From the NCBI RefSeq assembly GCF_001194135.2, contig NC_068989.1, positions 49,639,193 to 49,673,980 on the forward strand: a stretch of DNA of 34,788 nucleotides, in the 5' to 3' direction. The translations under genes were made by a program, and so were the position numbers. Below the pieces are notes generated by a model, which worked only from the letters and a program-made list of their open reading frames with translations, did no database searches and was not told where the DNA came from. Below are positions 24,130 through 34,788 of this stretch, in pieces; the stretch's first letter is position 1; the number at the start of each line of letters is the position of its first letter. This stretch comes from Octopus bimaculoides (Eukaryota).

Positions 24130-24185
<56 letters not shown>

Positions 24186-24380
24186 GAGAGAGAAATGTAT
24201 ACCAATATCTATTTTTTTGTTTCCTTCTTACTACACTAGCTGATATTAAAACCAGCACCTAAAGTCTGTGAGTGAAAGGGTAAGAGATACACAGACAGAC
24301 AGATATAGAGATAATGATGATAGATAGATAGATAGATAAAGAGAAAGAGAGAAAGAGATAGGGAGAGATAGAAAGAGAGA
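23200..24380. repeat. microsatellite cluster (CA, AT, CT, GATA) with assembly gaps
   Basis: Directly visible. Confidence 0.9.
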
Positions 24381-24422
24381 ATTTATGAAAAATGACTACA
24401 GAAATTCTTTCCTCTCTGTAAG

Positions 24423-24626
24423 ACTGTCAGTAGTATTGAAGATTTTGGTTGTTTGGCTAACTACAGTCACTGGACAAACATTGCTGATATGTTTCAATTA
24501 TTCACACCAAGCACAAAACCATTTTCGTTCTTGCTGCTTTCTTTGCTCTCCTGGTTATTCTTCTGGGTCACTGGCCTGCATGTTATTATTAGATATCCTA
24601 TTGCTGTGGTGGCGTGTGCATTGAAG
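24423..24626 (+). CDS. candidate isolated coding exon, hydrophobic, unidentified
   Basis: 68 open codons TVSSIEDFGCLANYSHWTNIADMFQLFTPSTKPFSFLLLSLLSWLFFWVTGLHVIIRYPIAVVACALK. Pyrimidine tract with AG at 24422 or 24430, and AAG|GTGTGA donor at 24626. No recognised homology. Confidence 0.25.
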
Positions 24627-24917
24627 GTGTGATGGAGAAATAAGTTGTTCATGAATGGAATAAATAAAGAAATAGAATGAATGGTTCGTGTGGAGTTTCA
24701 ATTCTCAGTTGGAAATAGTTTCACTTTGCTTTCGCTGTTCAGTTAGTGTTGTTGAATTTGTTAGATGTGGAATGGTTATTTGAAGAAGAGAGGAGAATGG
24801 TAGAGAGAATGTAGGTGGGAGGAAAAGAAAGAAAGATCAAAGAGAAATAAGCCAAATAAACGTTAAAACTGCCACAGTCCATTCACTTCTTTTCTTTTTT
24901 TTTTCTTTACAGTGATG

Positions 24918-25560
24918 TATTGATGATGATGATGATGATGATATTGATGGTGATTAGGATGATGATGGTAACGATTATGATGATGATGATGTTGGTGATG
25001 ATAATGATGATGATGATGATGATTATGGTGGTAGTGGTGATGATGATAATGATGATGTGTAATGATGATGTGGTTCCAGCCACATTATCCAATATATCCT
25101 TTTCTAAGATAATAAGGAGCGATTTGTGAGGGAGATTTGGCTGCTATTTCTAGTAAGTTGTGTGACTGCATAGTAACTGAGTTTTTGGCACATTGTTGGT
25201 TGTGGTAGTCACGATGATGGTGGTGATTGTGATAGTGGTGGTCATGGTGTTGATGGTCGTGATGGTTGTGATGGTTGTGATAGCAGTGATAGTGATGATA
25301 GTGGTGGTGATGGTGATGATAGTGGTGGTGATGGTGATGATAGTGGTGGTGATGGTGATGATAGTGGTGGTGATGGTAATGATAGTGGTGGTGATGGTGA
25401 TGATAGTGGTGNNNNNNNNNNTAGTGGTGGTGATGGTGATGATAGTGGTGGTGATGGTGATGATAGTGGTGGTGATGGTAATGATAGTGGTGGTGATGGT
25501 GATGATAGTGGTGGTGATGGTGATGATAGTGGTGGTGATGCTGATGATAGTAACTGGTGG
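24918..25560. repeat. (GAT/GGT)n microsatellite including a 21-bp period block
   Basis: GATAGTGGTGGTGATGGTGAT repeated across ~25297-25550. Confidence 0.92.
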
Positions 25561-25829
25561 TGTTAATGTTTGTAATGAAGTTGATCAAATATGGTAGTGT
25601 TGCCACCTAGTCAACTTTGTCCCTCCTTTTTTTTCTCATCCCTGACACTAATCCCTTTTCTCTCCTCTGTTCCTCGTCATACCCCCCCCCCCCCCAGCTT
25701 GTCCTCTTACTTGCAATCCTTCATACCTCCACTTAGGATCATCATCCACTCTCTTTTCTGTCCTCTCAATTATAGATGCCACTTAAAGCCTTAGTCTTCC
25801 AAGTTATGAGATGATAATCACTGGAGCTG

Positions 25830-26350
25830 GGTTAGCTTGTCCACATTACTCTGTAAGAAGCATAGAACCATGACCATTTCATGCTCCTGGATTTGACCTT
25901 GGGCTACCTCCTTGATCCCCGACCAAAAGAGACTGATATTCCAGCTTCCCTCTTTCCTTCAGGTTGCCAGTCAAGCATTTGTCTTGCAATGCTGCTTGGA
26001 GGTCTCCTCAGAGTGTGACTGACCCAGCACCATTTCCTGTTCAGAATTTCTTGATTTTAGACCAAGAGAGACCTATTGCTTTTGGTTCATCTTCCATGCA
26101 TCCATTCCAGGTCTTCTTAGGTCGTCCAACTTTCCTCTTTCTTTCAGGTTGCCAGTCTAACACCTGTCTTGCAATGCTGCTTGGAGGTTTTCTTCTTAGA
26201 GGGTGACCAATTTAGCCCCATTTCCTTTTCAGAATTTCTTGATTGATGGCAGTTTGGTTTGTTTGATCCCATAGACTTGTGCCTGAAATTTTTTCTGGCC
26301 ACCAGATCTTGAGGATGTAGCGCAGACATTTGTTGATGAAGGCCTGTAGA
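25830..26350 (-). mobile_element. RTE-type LINE 3' fragment (different family), internally duplicated
   Basis: Minus strand FINKCLRYILKIWWPEKIS...KRKWG*IGHPLR...LDWQPERKRKVGRPKKTW. A second diverged copy of the W.W.GHTLR...WQPEGKR segment follows. Confidence 0.85.
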
Positions 26351-26369
26351 TTACTGGGGTCATGAATAA

Positions 26370-26525
26370 AATGCCCTGTATGTTGGAGCATGACATAGTC
26401 CTCCAATTTGTTAGACCCTGTCAAACTATCCAGGCCATGCCAGCATGAATGCAGCATGTTAAATGATGATGATGAGGAGGAGGACAACAATGTTGTTAAT
26501 GATGATAATGATGATGATGATGATA

Positions 26526-26581
<56 letters not shown>

Positions 26582-26630
26582 AATGATGACAATGAGGACG
26601 ATGCTGTTGATGATGATAACGATGATAATT
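26370..26630 (+). repeat. RTE-tail fragment plus (GAT)n
   Basis: CCATGCCAGCATGAATGCAGCATGTTAAA runs directly into (TGA)n. Confidence 0.7.
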
Positions 26631-26649
26631 GCTGAGTACAAAATAGTCA

Positions 26650-26930
26650 CCACTGTTGACAACAGACTTCCCTCAACAGCACAACAGCCAGACACTGCCA
26701 TGGCCTGCCCTAAGTCGAGACTTGAACCCCATAGGGAACCTGTGGGATGAAATGCTAAGAAGGCTAAATGATATCTGTCCAAGGCCGACAACTGCGGCAC
26801 AACTCACTGCAAGTTTTAACATAGTGTGGGCTGCTATCTACATGGCCTTCATCAGTCGTTTGGTGCATTCAATGTACAGAAGATGCCTGGGGGTAATCAA
26901 CTCTAATGGTGGTCAAATGAGAATTGAGTT
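26650..26930 (+). mobile_element. Tc1-type transposase C-terminal fragment
   Basis: QTLPWPALSRDLNPIGNLWDEM...LVHSMYRRCLGVINSNGG matches the Tc1 WPxxSPDLNPIENLW...SMxRRCxAVIxxxGG motif. Confidence 0.88.
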
Positions 26931-27135
26931 CATCTCTTTGTATTCAGGACACTCTGTCATCATGTGACACCATGTGATGTCAAACATGTTTCAGGAAATG
27001 ATGTTTTATCATTAGGGAAAAACGGTTTATTAATTAGCACTCTTTAAACAATGCTATGGTAGTCTGTTAATAAACCCATTTCTATATAGTATCTGAGTAA
27101 CATTTCTTTTGTGGTTCATTATATATATATATATA

Positions 27136-27429
27136 TTGACCGAGACCTTTGGAAATGTGCTGTGCGTGAGAAGACCCGGCAAGCCAAGTAAGATCGTTGC
27201 CAGTGCCCCTGGACTGGCTCTTGTGCGGGTGGCACATGAGATGCACCATTTTGAGCGTGGCCGTTGCCAGTACCGCCTGACTGGCTCCCGTAGGATTTTC
27301 GAGTGAGATCGTTGCCAGTGCCCCTGGACTGGCTTGTGCGGGTGGCACATAAAAGACACCATTTCGAGTGTGGCCGTTTTCGTGCGGGTGACACGTAAAA
27401 GCACCCACTACACTCTCTGAGTAGTTGGC
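27136..27429 (+). mobile_element. young 5'-truncated RTE copy (ORF end plus 3'UTR), cut by a gap
   Basis: DRDLWKCAVREKTRQAK* is homologous to the end of the 14788-16172 ORF. Many CpG are retained. Confidence 0.85.
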
Positions 27430-28220
27430 NNNNNNNNNNNNNNNNNNNNNNNNNNNNNNNNNNNNNNNNNNNNNNNNNNNNNNNNNNNNNNNNNNNNNNN
27501 NNNNNNNNNNNNNNNNNNNNNNNNNNNNNNNNNNNNNNNNNNNNNNNNNNNNNNNNNNNNNNNNNNNNNNNNNNNNNNNNNNNNNNNNNNNNNNNNNNNN
27601 NNNNNNNNNNNNNNNNNNNNNNNNNNNNNNNNNNNNNNNNNNNNNNNNNNNNNNNNNNNNNNNNNNNNNNNNNNNNNNNNNNNNNNNNNNNNNNNNNNNN
27701 NNNNNNNNNNNNNNNNNNNNNNNNNNNNNNNNNNNNNNNNNNNNNNNNNNNNNNNNNNNNNNNNNNNNNNNNNNNNNNNNNNNNNNNNNNNNNNNNNNNN
27801 NNNNNNNNNNNNNNNNNNNNNNNNNNNNNNNNNNNNNNNNNNNNNNNNNNNNNNNNNNNNNNNNNNNNNNNNNNNNNNNNNNNNNNNNNNNNNNNNNNNN
27901 NNNNNNNNNNNNNNNNNNNNNNNNNNNNNNNNNNNNNNNNNNNNNNNNNNNNNNNNNNNNNNNNNNNNNNNNNNNNNNNNNNNNNNNNNNNNNNNNNNNN
28001 NNNNNNNNNNNNNNNNNNNNNNNNNNNNNNNNNNNNNNNNNNNNNNNNNNNNNNNNNNNNNNNNNNNNNNNNNNNNNNNNNNNNNNNNNNNNNNNNNNNN
28101 NNNNNNNNNNNNNNNNNNNNNNNNNNNNNNNNNNNNNNNNNNNNNNNNNNNNNNNNNNNNNNNNNNNNNNNNNNNNNNNNNNNNNNNNNNNNNNNNNNNN
28201 NNNNNNNNNNNNNNNNNNNN

Positions 28221-28273
<53 letters not shown>

Positions 28274-28898
28274 CACACACATATATATATATATACACAT
28301 ATATATATACATACATACATATATATATATGTGTGTGTCTGTGTGTGTGTGTGTGTGTGTAAATTATCTAATGACATATATATATATATATGCATGTAAT
28401 GTAAATTATCTAATAACACACACACACACACACACACATAAATATATATGTCATATGGAATTACATATTTTATAGCACTATTCTGATGTTACTAATATTC
28501 CTGGGTCAACAAAAGATGTTGGTTATTTCAATCAGATTCTTTAAACAATTTTTTTTTTCTTCATAGTTTATAACATTTCAAGTCCTAGATAGATTTATTC
28601 AGATAAATAATAAAAAAAAAAGTATTCTTATTATAAAATATTATTTATGTGGTAGCACCTTCAAAAGTTTTGTATTATGAATATTTACGAATTTATTTCC
28701 ATCAGGGTCGCTCTCTTTTTCTAATTTTCCTTTGATATATTTCCATTACTGTGCAAAAATGTCCAAGTTATGACGAAAAAATATAAAAGAGAAAATGATT
28801 GAATGCATAAGTAAATACTATAAGATATTTCATCTAGTACTCTCCAGATTCTTCCAACTACCAACCTTTATATTTATTATTGCTAGTTATTATATTAA

Positions 28899-29065
28899 AG
28901 GCAGTGCATTAGCAGAATTGGTAGAGTATTGCACAAAATTGTTGTGATATCTTGTTATGGCCCTTTATATGCAGAGTTCAAATCCTCTTGATGTCAGCTT
29001 GTCTTCAACTCTTTTGAGGTTGCTAAAAGTTAATACTATACAAAAACTGGGATTAATTTGATATT
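28899..29065 (+). mobile_element. diverged SINE B
   Basis: AGCAGAATTGGTAG...CAGAGTTCAAATCC. Confidence 0.6.
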
Positions 29066-29074
29066 AGTTTCACA

Positions 29075-29278
29075 TTTTGGCCCAAGGCCAGCAATTTCAG
29101 AGGAGGGGCTAGTTGATTATATTATCCCCAGTATTCAACAGGTACTTAATTTATCGAACCTGAAAGGATTAAAGGCAAAGTCAACCTTGGTGGAATTTGA
29201 ATTCAGTTTGTAAAGACAGAAAACTGCCACTAAGCATTTTGCCTGGCATGCTATCTATTCTGTCAGTTCGCAGCCCTA
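29075..29278 (-). mobile_element. SINE B
   Basis: Plus strand GGTACTTAATTTATCGA...AAAGGCAAAGTCAACC...GAATTTGAATTCAG is the reverse complement of the B core. Confidence 0.8.
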
Positions 29279-29679
29279 AGGATCAATCTAATATTCCTAT
29301 GAAGTCATGCTAGATGTAAATAGAATTATAATAGATAAAAACAAGGAAAACGCTTGAGTTCAAATCTGACTTATGTCAAGTCTGTCTTTCATCATTCTTG
29401 CATTGATAAAAAAAAATACCAGCCAAGTACTGATATCAATCATGCTAGATGTGAATTTATTTTTTTCTGAGACCAGCACTATAGGGTCACCAAGTCACTT
29501 ACAAAACAAAGACTCCTAGACTGGGAGGGGGAGCAGTATTAAGGGATGGGCTTTGTGTCAGTTAAAAGATTAAAAAGTATAATAGAAGGATAGGGAAAAC
29601 GTCTATATCTCTCAATTATGCTTTCTAAGCTTTCATCAACTGGCACAAATCTACCTCCCTCAATACTGTTCCCCCTTTC

Positions 29680-29910
29680 AGTCAAGGGATCATTGTCATG
29701 CAAGTGGCTTGGAGACCTCCATCAGTGTTGACACTATGATAAAAGCACCCAGTACACTTTGTAAAATGCTTGGCATTAAGAAGGGTATCCAGCTGCAGAA
29801 ATATGCCAAAGCTGACAGTAGAGCTTAGCACAACCCTCTGGATGGCCAGGTCTTGCCAAGCTGTTTAACCCATACAAGCATGGAAAATGGATATTAAATG
29901 ATAATAATAA
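29680..29910 (+). mobile_element. RTE-tail-related element
   Basis: AAAAGCACCCAGTACACT...AAGGGTATCCAGCTG...CAAGCATGGAAAATGGATATTAAATGATAATAA. Confidence 0.65.
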
Positions 29911-30173
29911 GACTAAAATATTCATGTTCAAATTCCACTGATGTTAGTTATGCTCCCTCTTCTCCTGGGATTGATAAAGTAAGATTCTAGTCATTTACTG
30001 AAGTCAATTTAAGGTTTCTATAAAATCAGGCTAGATGTAAATGAAATTATAACAATAGCCTATGAAGATGTTTGAGTTCAAATTCTGCTGATGTCAACTT
30101 TGTCCACTGTTATTCTGAGGCTGATAAAATAAAATACCATTCAAGTACTGGTGTCATTTTAATACTCCTATAA

Positions 30174-30408
30174 ATTAAGGTGGTGAGCTGGCAGAAAGGT
30201 GAGCTGGCAGAAAGGTTAGCATGCCGAGCGAAATGCTTAGCAGTATTTCATGTCTTTACATTCTGAGTTCAAATTCCGCTGAGGTCGACTTTGCCTTTCA
30301 TCCTTTTGGGGTCAATAAATTAAGTATCAGTTGCATACTGGGGTCGATCTAATCGACTGTCCCCAACACCCAAAACAAATGTCAGGCCTTGTGCCTAGAG
30401 TAAAAAAG
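30174..30408 (+). mobile_element. young SINE B with TSD and duplicated 5' end
   Basis: AATACTCC(C)TATA at 30161-30173 and 30409-30420. GGTGAGCTGGCAGAAA repeated at 30182-30197 and 30198-30213. CpGs intact. Confidence 0.9.
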
Positions 30409-30664
30409 AATACTCCTATAGTGTCATGCTAGATGTGAATTAAATCATAACAGAAGACAGAGAGGATGAAATGTCTGGCAGTATATTGCTTTGTCCTTTT
30501 ATATTGAATCATGTTCTTTTGGTTAATGTTGCTTTTCAGTCTTCATTCTTCAGGATGTCAATAAAATAAAGTACTAGTCAAGAACTGGGGTTGATATAAT
30601 TGATTGTACCCTCCCCTCATATCTGTTACCATGCTACAAATGATTATTAATTCTTCTAGTTAAA

Positions 30665-30880
30665 GTGCTGAGCAGGCAGAATCATTAGCATGTTGGACAA
30701 AAAGCTCAGCAGCATTTTGTCCTTCTATACATTCTGAGATCAAATTCTGTTGAGGCTGACTTTGCCTTTCAACCTTTCCGGGGTTGATAAAACAAGTACC
30801 ATTCAAATATTGGGGTTGATGTAATTGACTTCCCTCTCCTCAACTCCAAAACAGCTAGCCCTATGTCAAAACCTGAATCC
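30665..30880 (+). mobile_element. SINE B
   Basis: GAGCAGGCAGAATCATTAGCA...TTCTGAGATCAAATTC...TTTGCCTTTC. Confidence 0.8.
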
Positions 30881-31330
30881 GTTATTAATTATTCTAGTCA
30901 AGTAAAGGAGGAGGTAACTATTCTGCTCGGCTCAAAGCCACAGCAAATGTTTAAATTGTGCCAGAGAAATGCAATAGCCATGTGCATAAAATGTCAGACT
31001 GCTAATCACATGATTTTTTTGTTCAGTTCTCTGTTACTGCTTCAGCTGTTGTGAGTTAACCCTAACTAAAGCACATAATTCTACTTGCTCCATTTCCACC
31101 TGAATTCCTCAAACATATTCTCAAAACACGTTGCATGTTTGAGTAACAAAAGATAAGAAAGCCATGATCCTGCTGTAAAAATACTTGTTCCCACAAAGCT
31201 AGTCCTTGCATCCATTTTCCCAAACAATCTTGCTGAAAAAAAAAAAAGGATGTAAAAATCACAAATAATCAATTGGTTAATCAATTGCCAAGAAATAAAA
31301 TCAAATCTTTCTTAAATCCACCTTATCTAG

Positions 31331-31459
31331 GGTCTTTGGTCATAACTGGCCATGGTTTTCAGCACCTGGGAAATTTATCTCCTAGCGAATGTCCTGGACA
31401 AGGTTTTTTTTTAATGAATGACCAGAAGTTGTCAGTTCATGCATGTCTCTCCTCTCAAG
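31331..31459 (+). CDS. candidate 129-nt symmetric phase-1 exon, unidentified
   Basis: TTATCTAG acceptor and CAAG|GTGAGG donor. One frame is open (GSLVITGHGFQHLGNLSPSECPGQGFFLMNDQKLSVHACLSSQ). Confidence 0.2.
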
Positions 31460-31574
31460 GTGAGGTTGATGCAGTTTGGTACCAATGTTATCAAAGGTAT
31501 TGCTTTTTGAATGTAAAAGACCAGAAGAAACACCACAAGGCATCCCGTCTGATGTTTAAAGAATTTAGTTAAAT

Positions 31575-31680
31575 CCCAGCACCAGATTGGAACATTTTTT
31601 AATCAACCCTGGGATGGTGAAAAGCAAAGTTGACCTCAACAACATTTGAACTCGTAGCACGGAGAATCAGAACAAATGCT
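31575..31680 (-). mobile_element. SINE B fragment
   Basis: AAAAGCAAAGTTGACCTCAACAACATTTGAACTC is the reverse complement of the B-box region. Confidence 0.6.
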
Positions 31681-32079
31681 AATTTGTTACTTTCACATCA
31701 CACCTTTCAGATTTGGGTAGAATAAATGAGTAAATAAATAATAAAGAAATTTTAAAAAACAGTAAAGATTACATTAAATAATATGATTCTCAATAAGCTG
31801 TGACAGAAAAACAAAAACAAAACAAAAAAAAACCATAGTTGGAATACCAATAATCAGATTTATTTGACCAAATCTAACCCAGGGTTAAACAACAACAATT
31901 TGCTTCATTAATCTACTTAGAAAAGGCATGAATGTGTCAACTTCAATTTTCTTTCAGTTAAGGTGTCAGACTTCATGGTATTAAAATCTCTTCTTAAGTC
32001 ATCCTTGATGAAATTTATGTATGATTAATGATCTCAAAATGACCATTCATGTTCACTTGTCTTTTTTTTTTTTTTTCAG

Positions 32080-32153
32080 GCATGATTTATCTAGGACTAC
32101 AGCTTTCAATGTTCTATTGTCAGCTCATCTATTTTGGTGGAAGAAGTATATAA
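32080..32153 (+). other. candidate terminal exon start
   Basis: Very strong acceptor C(T)15CAG at 32061-32079. It is followed by short open frames and a long repeat-free AT-rich stretch resembling a 3'UTR. Confidence 0.25.
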
Positions 32154-32783
32154 CTTGCAGAAGATATAAACAATCTAATTTTCCTTTGCATACTAAAGGA
32201 AACAAACTCTGCCGTGAAATATTTTTTTTTGATATTCTTCATTCTTCATATTCATTGTTCTATATTTACATAGATGGATTATTGAAGAAATTGCTTTCAC
32301 AGCTGAATACCCTTTCTACCACTAGCTGTTCAACTGTAAACTAAAATTCATATCCATTGCTGTTTAGTCAGGCAAACAGGAACATCCAGAGTTATATGCC
32401 TTACTAAGGGCAGTAATAAGATTTTAAACTTATAAACATATGGCCGGTCAGTAGCTTGGCTTCTTTGGCTTTATAAATATTTTATTGTAGTATTCAAAAT
32501 ATTAAATATTTCATGGGGAAATTTTAATATATTTCTTCAATGGATAAATTATCTTTCATGCTGGTGATATACTGCTTGGTTAGGTTGAAACTAACATCTG
32601 ACATGCAGTAGAATTCTTCGACCAGGCGACTAAATTTCATTTTAGATTAATAGCAAAAGACTACCCTACTACTGGAAGGAGCAAAAGAAATATAAGAAGA
32701 AAGTGATGTATTGATTGAATGGTACAACAATCATTCTTGCGCTAGTATTAATAATTCTATGGTATAAATCAAATGGTCTCATA

Positions 32784-33002
32784 TACAAGAGTGTGCTGAA
32801 AAGTTCTTGGCTTTGGGTAAAAGAAAATACATGGGGATAATTTATTTATGATTTCATTCAACATATTCCCCTCTCAGATTCACACACTTATTGCAATGGT
32901 TCTTCAGTTTTCTGAGCCCTGTAAAAGAACACAGAAGTTTGGACCTCCAACCAGGTCTTTCACGATACCCTTAAAGCCAGGAACTTTTCAGCACCCCCTG
33001 CA
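32784..33002. mobile_element. mariner-type MITE
   Basis: Left TA-CAAGAGTGTGCTGAAAAGTTCTTGGCTTT and right AAAGCCAGGAACTTTTCAGCACCCCCTG form imperfect ~30-bp TIRs. Confidence 0.8.
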
Positions 33003-33084
33003 ACATACAGGTGTGCTACGAGGGGCAAGATAAGTATGCAGTGAACTTTTGATACTATCATTGTATATGCAAGTATTACTGTGT

Positions 33085-33260
33085 TTAAGAAATTTGCTCT
33101 GCAGCCATATAACTTTCAGTTCAATTCCACTATGTGGCATCTTGAGCAAGTGTCTTTACTATAGCTCCAGGATGTATTCCTTGTCAGTCACTTTGCTGGA
33201 TGAAAACTGTATAGAAAGCCTGTCATCTATCTGTGTGTGTGTGTTTATACATACATACAT

Positions 33261-33300
<40 letters not shown>
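33085..33300 (+). mobile_element. diverged SINE A
   Basis: CAGTTCAATTCCACTATGTGGCATCTTGAGCAAGTGTCTTTACTATAGC. Confidence 0.7.
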
Positions 33301-33303
<3 letters not shown>

Positions 33304-33601
33304 TATATAGTAATGTTTATATGTCAACATAATGTGGCACTCCTATAAAGGATGACGTTACTGTTGTGTTAGTCCCAGGAAAACATCTTTTCCAGCTGGC
33401 TATCGACACACAGTTTGTGTCCTTATATAGCATTTGCAAGGGAGGTCATTGCTCCCATCTTTAGACTTACATGATACGCACAGACCTAGGTTTCTGGATG
33501 TTGTCCATCCTCAGTGTGAAACAATCACCAGCTAGTGATGAAAGCTATCTCTACTTGCAAATACTACACATTCTTTAAGTGACACAAAGTCACTGATCTC
33601 C

Positions 33602-33890
33602 TATTGAGAAAAATAACATGTTTTAAATCTCTGAGTGAGAGAAATATAGTAACAGTACCGGATAGTAATGTTTATATGCCAACATAACACGGGGAGACAA
33701 ACACACACACACACACACATACACAACAGGCTTCTTTTAGTTTCCATCCACCAAAACCACTCACAAGGCTTTGGTTGGCCCAAGGCTATAGTAATAGGAC
33801 TACCATGTTATGTTGGCATATAAACATTATACTCGATACTGTTTCTGTATTTCTCTTGCTCAGAGATTTAAAACATTGTTTTTCTCAATA
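33602..33890. mobile_element. TA-bounded inverted-repeat element (~90-bp arms) enclosing a SINE A fragment
   Basis: 33602-33692 is the reverse complement of 33803-33890. The spacer holds (CA)n and a minus-strand SINE A core. Confidence 0.75.
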
Positions 33891-34249
33891 TACTTATATA
33901 TATATATATATATATGTATGAGGAGTAAATATTCAAATGAATATTTATATAGATATTTTTATTGTTATCATTATCAGCGATAAATTTAAATAATTGATAA
34001 TAACAACAACAAAAATATAGGTAGTAGCAAGTAGTAATAACATTATATACTATTTCTATTTGCATACACAGCAACCCCTGCTAACTGTAAGCTATAAAAC
34101 AATTTTTTCAGCTTGTGGAACATCAATATGGGAAAAACTTACACCCTTCTATGTCAATAAACCACTATTGTTTCTGAAAGTTGTCTTTTCATACCTTCAT
34201 ACACCTTGATCTTTGGATCTTACCTTTACTTATATATATTATATATTCA

Positions 34250-34705
34250 TCACCATCATCATCAACATCGTTTAATGTCCACTTTCCATGCTAGCATGGG
34301 TTGGACGGTTTGACTGAGGGCTGGTGAGCCAGATGGCTGCACCAGGCTCCAATCCAATCTGGCAGAGTTTCTACAATTGGTGCCCTTCCTAATGCTAACT
34401 ACTCTGAGAGTGGAGTGGGTGCTTTTACATGTCACCAGCATGAGGGCATGTCAGGTGGTACTGGCAACAGCCACACTTGAATGGTGTTTTTTATGTGCCA
34501 CCTGCACAGGAGTCAGTCAGCAGCCCTGGCAACGATCATGCTTGGACGGTGCTCTTAATGTTCCACTAGCATGGATGCCAGTCATGCAGTGCTGTCATCG
34601 GCCACGTCAGTGAATTTTATTTCAATTTCACTTGCCTCAACAGGTCCTCGCAAGCAGAGTTTAATGTTCAATGAAAGAAAGGTATGCTTAAGTGGGCTGG
34701 TTACA
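34250..34705 (-). mobile_element. RTE 3'UTR copy with (GAT)n tail
   Basis: Colinear with 14788-15430 (CATCGTTTAATGTCCACTTTCCATGCTAGCATGGG...AAGTGGGCTGG). Confidence 0.88.
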
Positions 34706-34788
34706 TTATTCAGTTAATAAGGAGTTGCATGAAACGATCGTCCTGCATTACCTCTGGATATCCTTGTTGCTTATTTTGATTTTATATA

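Noticed and set aside
31100-31232. Minus-strand candidate exon after (T)12CAG
   Set aside because: Weak donor, no partner exons, and a homopolymer can mimic an acceptor.

Overview
AT-rich eukaryotic DNA from a gappy short-read assembly. Microsatellite load and the SINE/RTE repeat families resemble what I recall from octopus or other coleoid cephalopods; this is an inference and no search was run. I see no intact protein-coding gene, rRNA, true tRNA or CRISPR array. The window is mostly layered transposon relics: Penelope GIY-YIG, several RTE LINE copies, a probable CRE-like restriction-like-endonuclease fragment, a Tc1 fragment, at least four tRNA-derived SINE families (my labels A-D), piggyBac-type and mariner-type MITEs, and long inverted repeats. 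A CpG-rich segment at 1-412 with strong + strand splice donors, plus a few isolated exon-like segments, suggests the window may be the 5' end and large introns of a + strand gene, but I cannot name it. The most unusual structure is a single SINE whose internal ~66-bp segment is amplified ~15 times (17400-18430). I found no convincing evidence of a new multi-gene system.
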